A DNA stretch of 62,904 nt, the filler included, from Reclinomonas americana ATCC 50394 (Eukaryota): NCBI GenBank assembly GCA_048213135.1. It is 45 parts of 45 records of this genome, joined end to end, with 100 filler letters (N's around TTAATTAATTAA, not from the genome) between each part and the next. Parts side by side here need not be neighbours in the genome. Positions count along the whole stretch, not along the records: positions 61,614 to 62,904 come from AFZH01025906.1; 44 more parts are not named here. The stretch is one strand, 5' to 3'. The notes under the pieces were generated by a model. The model was not told where the DNA came from, ran no database searches, and saw nothing but the letters and a program-made list of their open reading frames with translations. The translations under genes were made by a program, and so were the position numbers. Shown here one piece after another: positions 62,849-62,904 of the stretch (within the stretch, counting starts at the first letter, position 1; the number at the start of each line of letters is the position of its first letter).

Positions 62849-62904
<56 letters not shown>

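Overview
This window is not one continuous locus. It is 45 unrelated ~1.29-1.31 kb contigs, sorted by decreasing length and joined by an artificial 100-nt spacer (N44-TTAATTAATTAA-N44, stops in all six frames), so adjacency across spacers has no biological meaning. Contig 1 is actinobacterial (putrescine oxidase translationally coupled to a probable universal stress protein). The rest look like a GC-rich, microsatellite-rich, intron-dense microbial eukaryote, possibly more than one, with mostly 55-90 nt introns. Manual splicing recovers complete Tim10, NECAP and DUSP23-like genes. It also recovers fragments of a P3A H+-ATPase, eIF2B-delta, an ABCG transporter, a divergent kinesin, ceramide synthase, a BIR protein, a Ras-like GTPase, DUS1, DHX8/PRP22, TMEM260, a SNF2 helicase, a probable neurofibromin, an IRAK/RLK-like kinase, a caspase-fold protease and a Crinkler/RHS-type NTPase, plus cadherin, EGF and IPT repeat surface proteins and an R2-like retrotransposon relic. 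Highlights: (i) a retroelement-like ORF pair fused in frame across one UAG followed 7 nt later by a strong stem-loop (candidate programmed readthrough); (ii) a recurrent unusual 5' splice site, GTTGCG; (iii) a 166-168 bp tandem array with invariant CUGAUGA...GAAA and box C/D-like motifs; (iv) bacterial-type cadherin repeats encoded one domain per exon; (v) two co-terminal near-identical contig pairs. All family calls come from motif recognition by eye; no searches were run.
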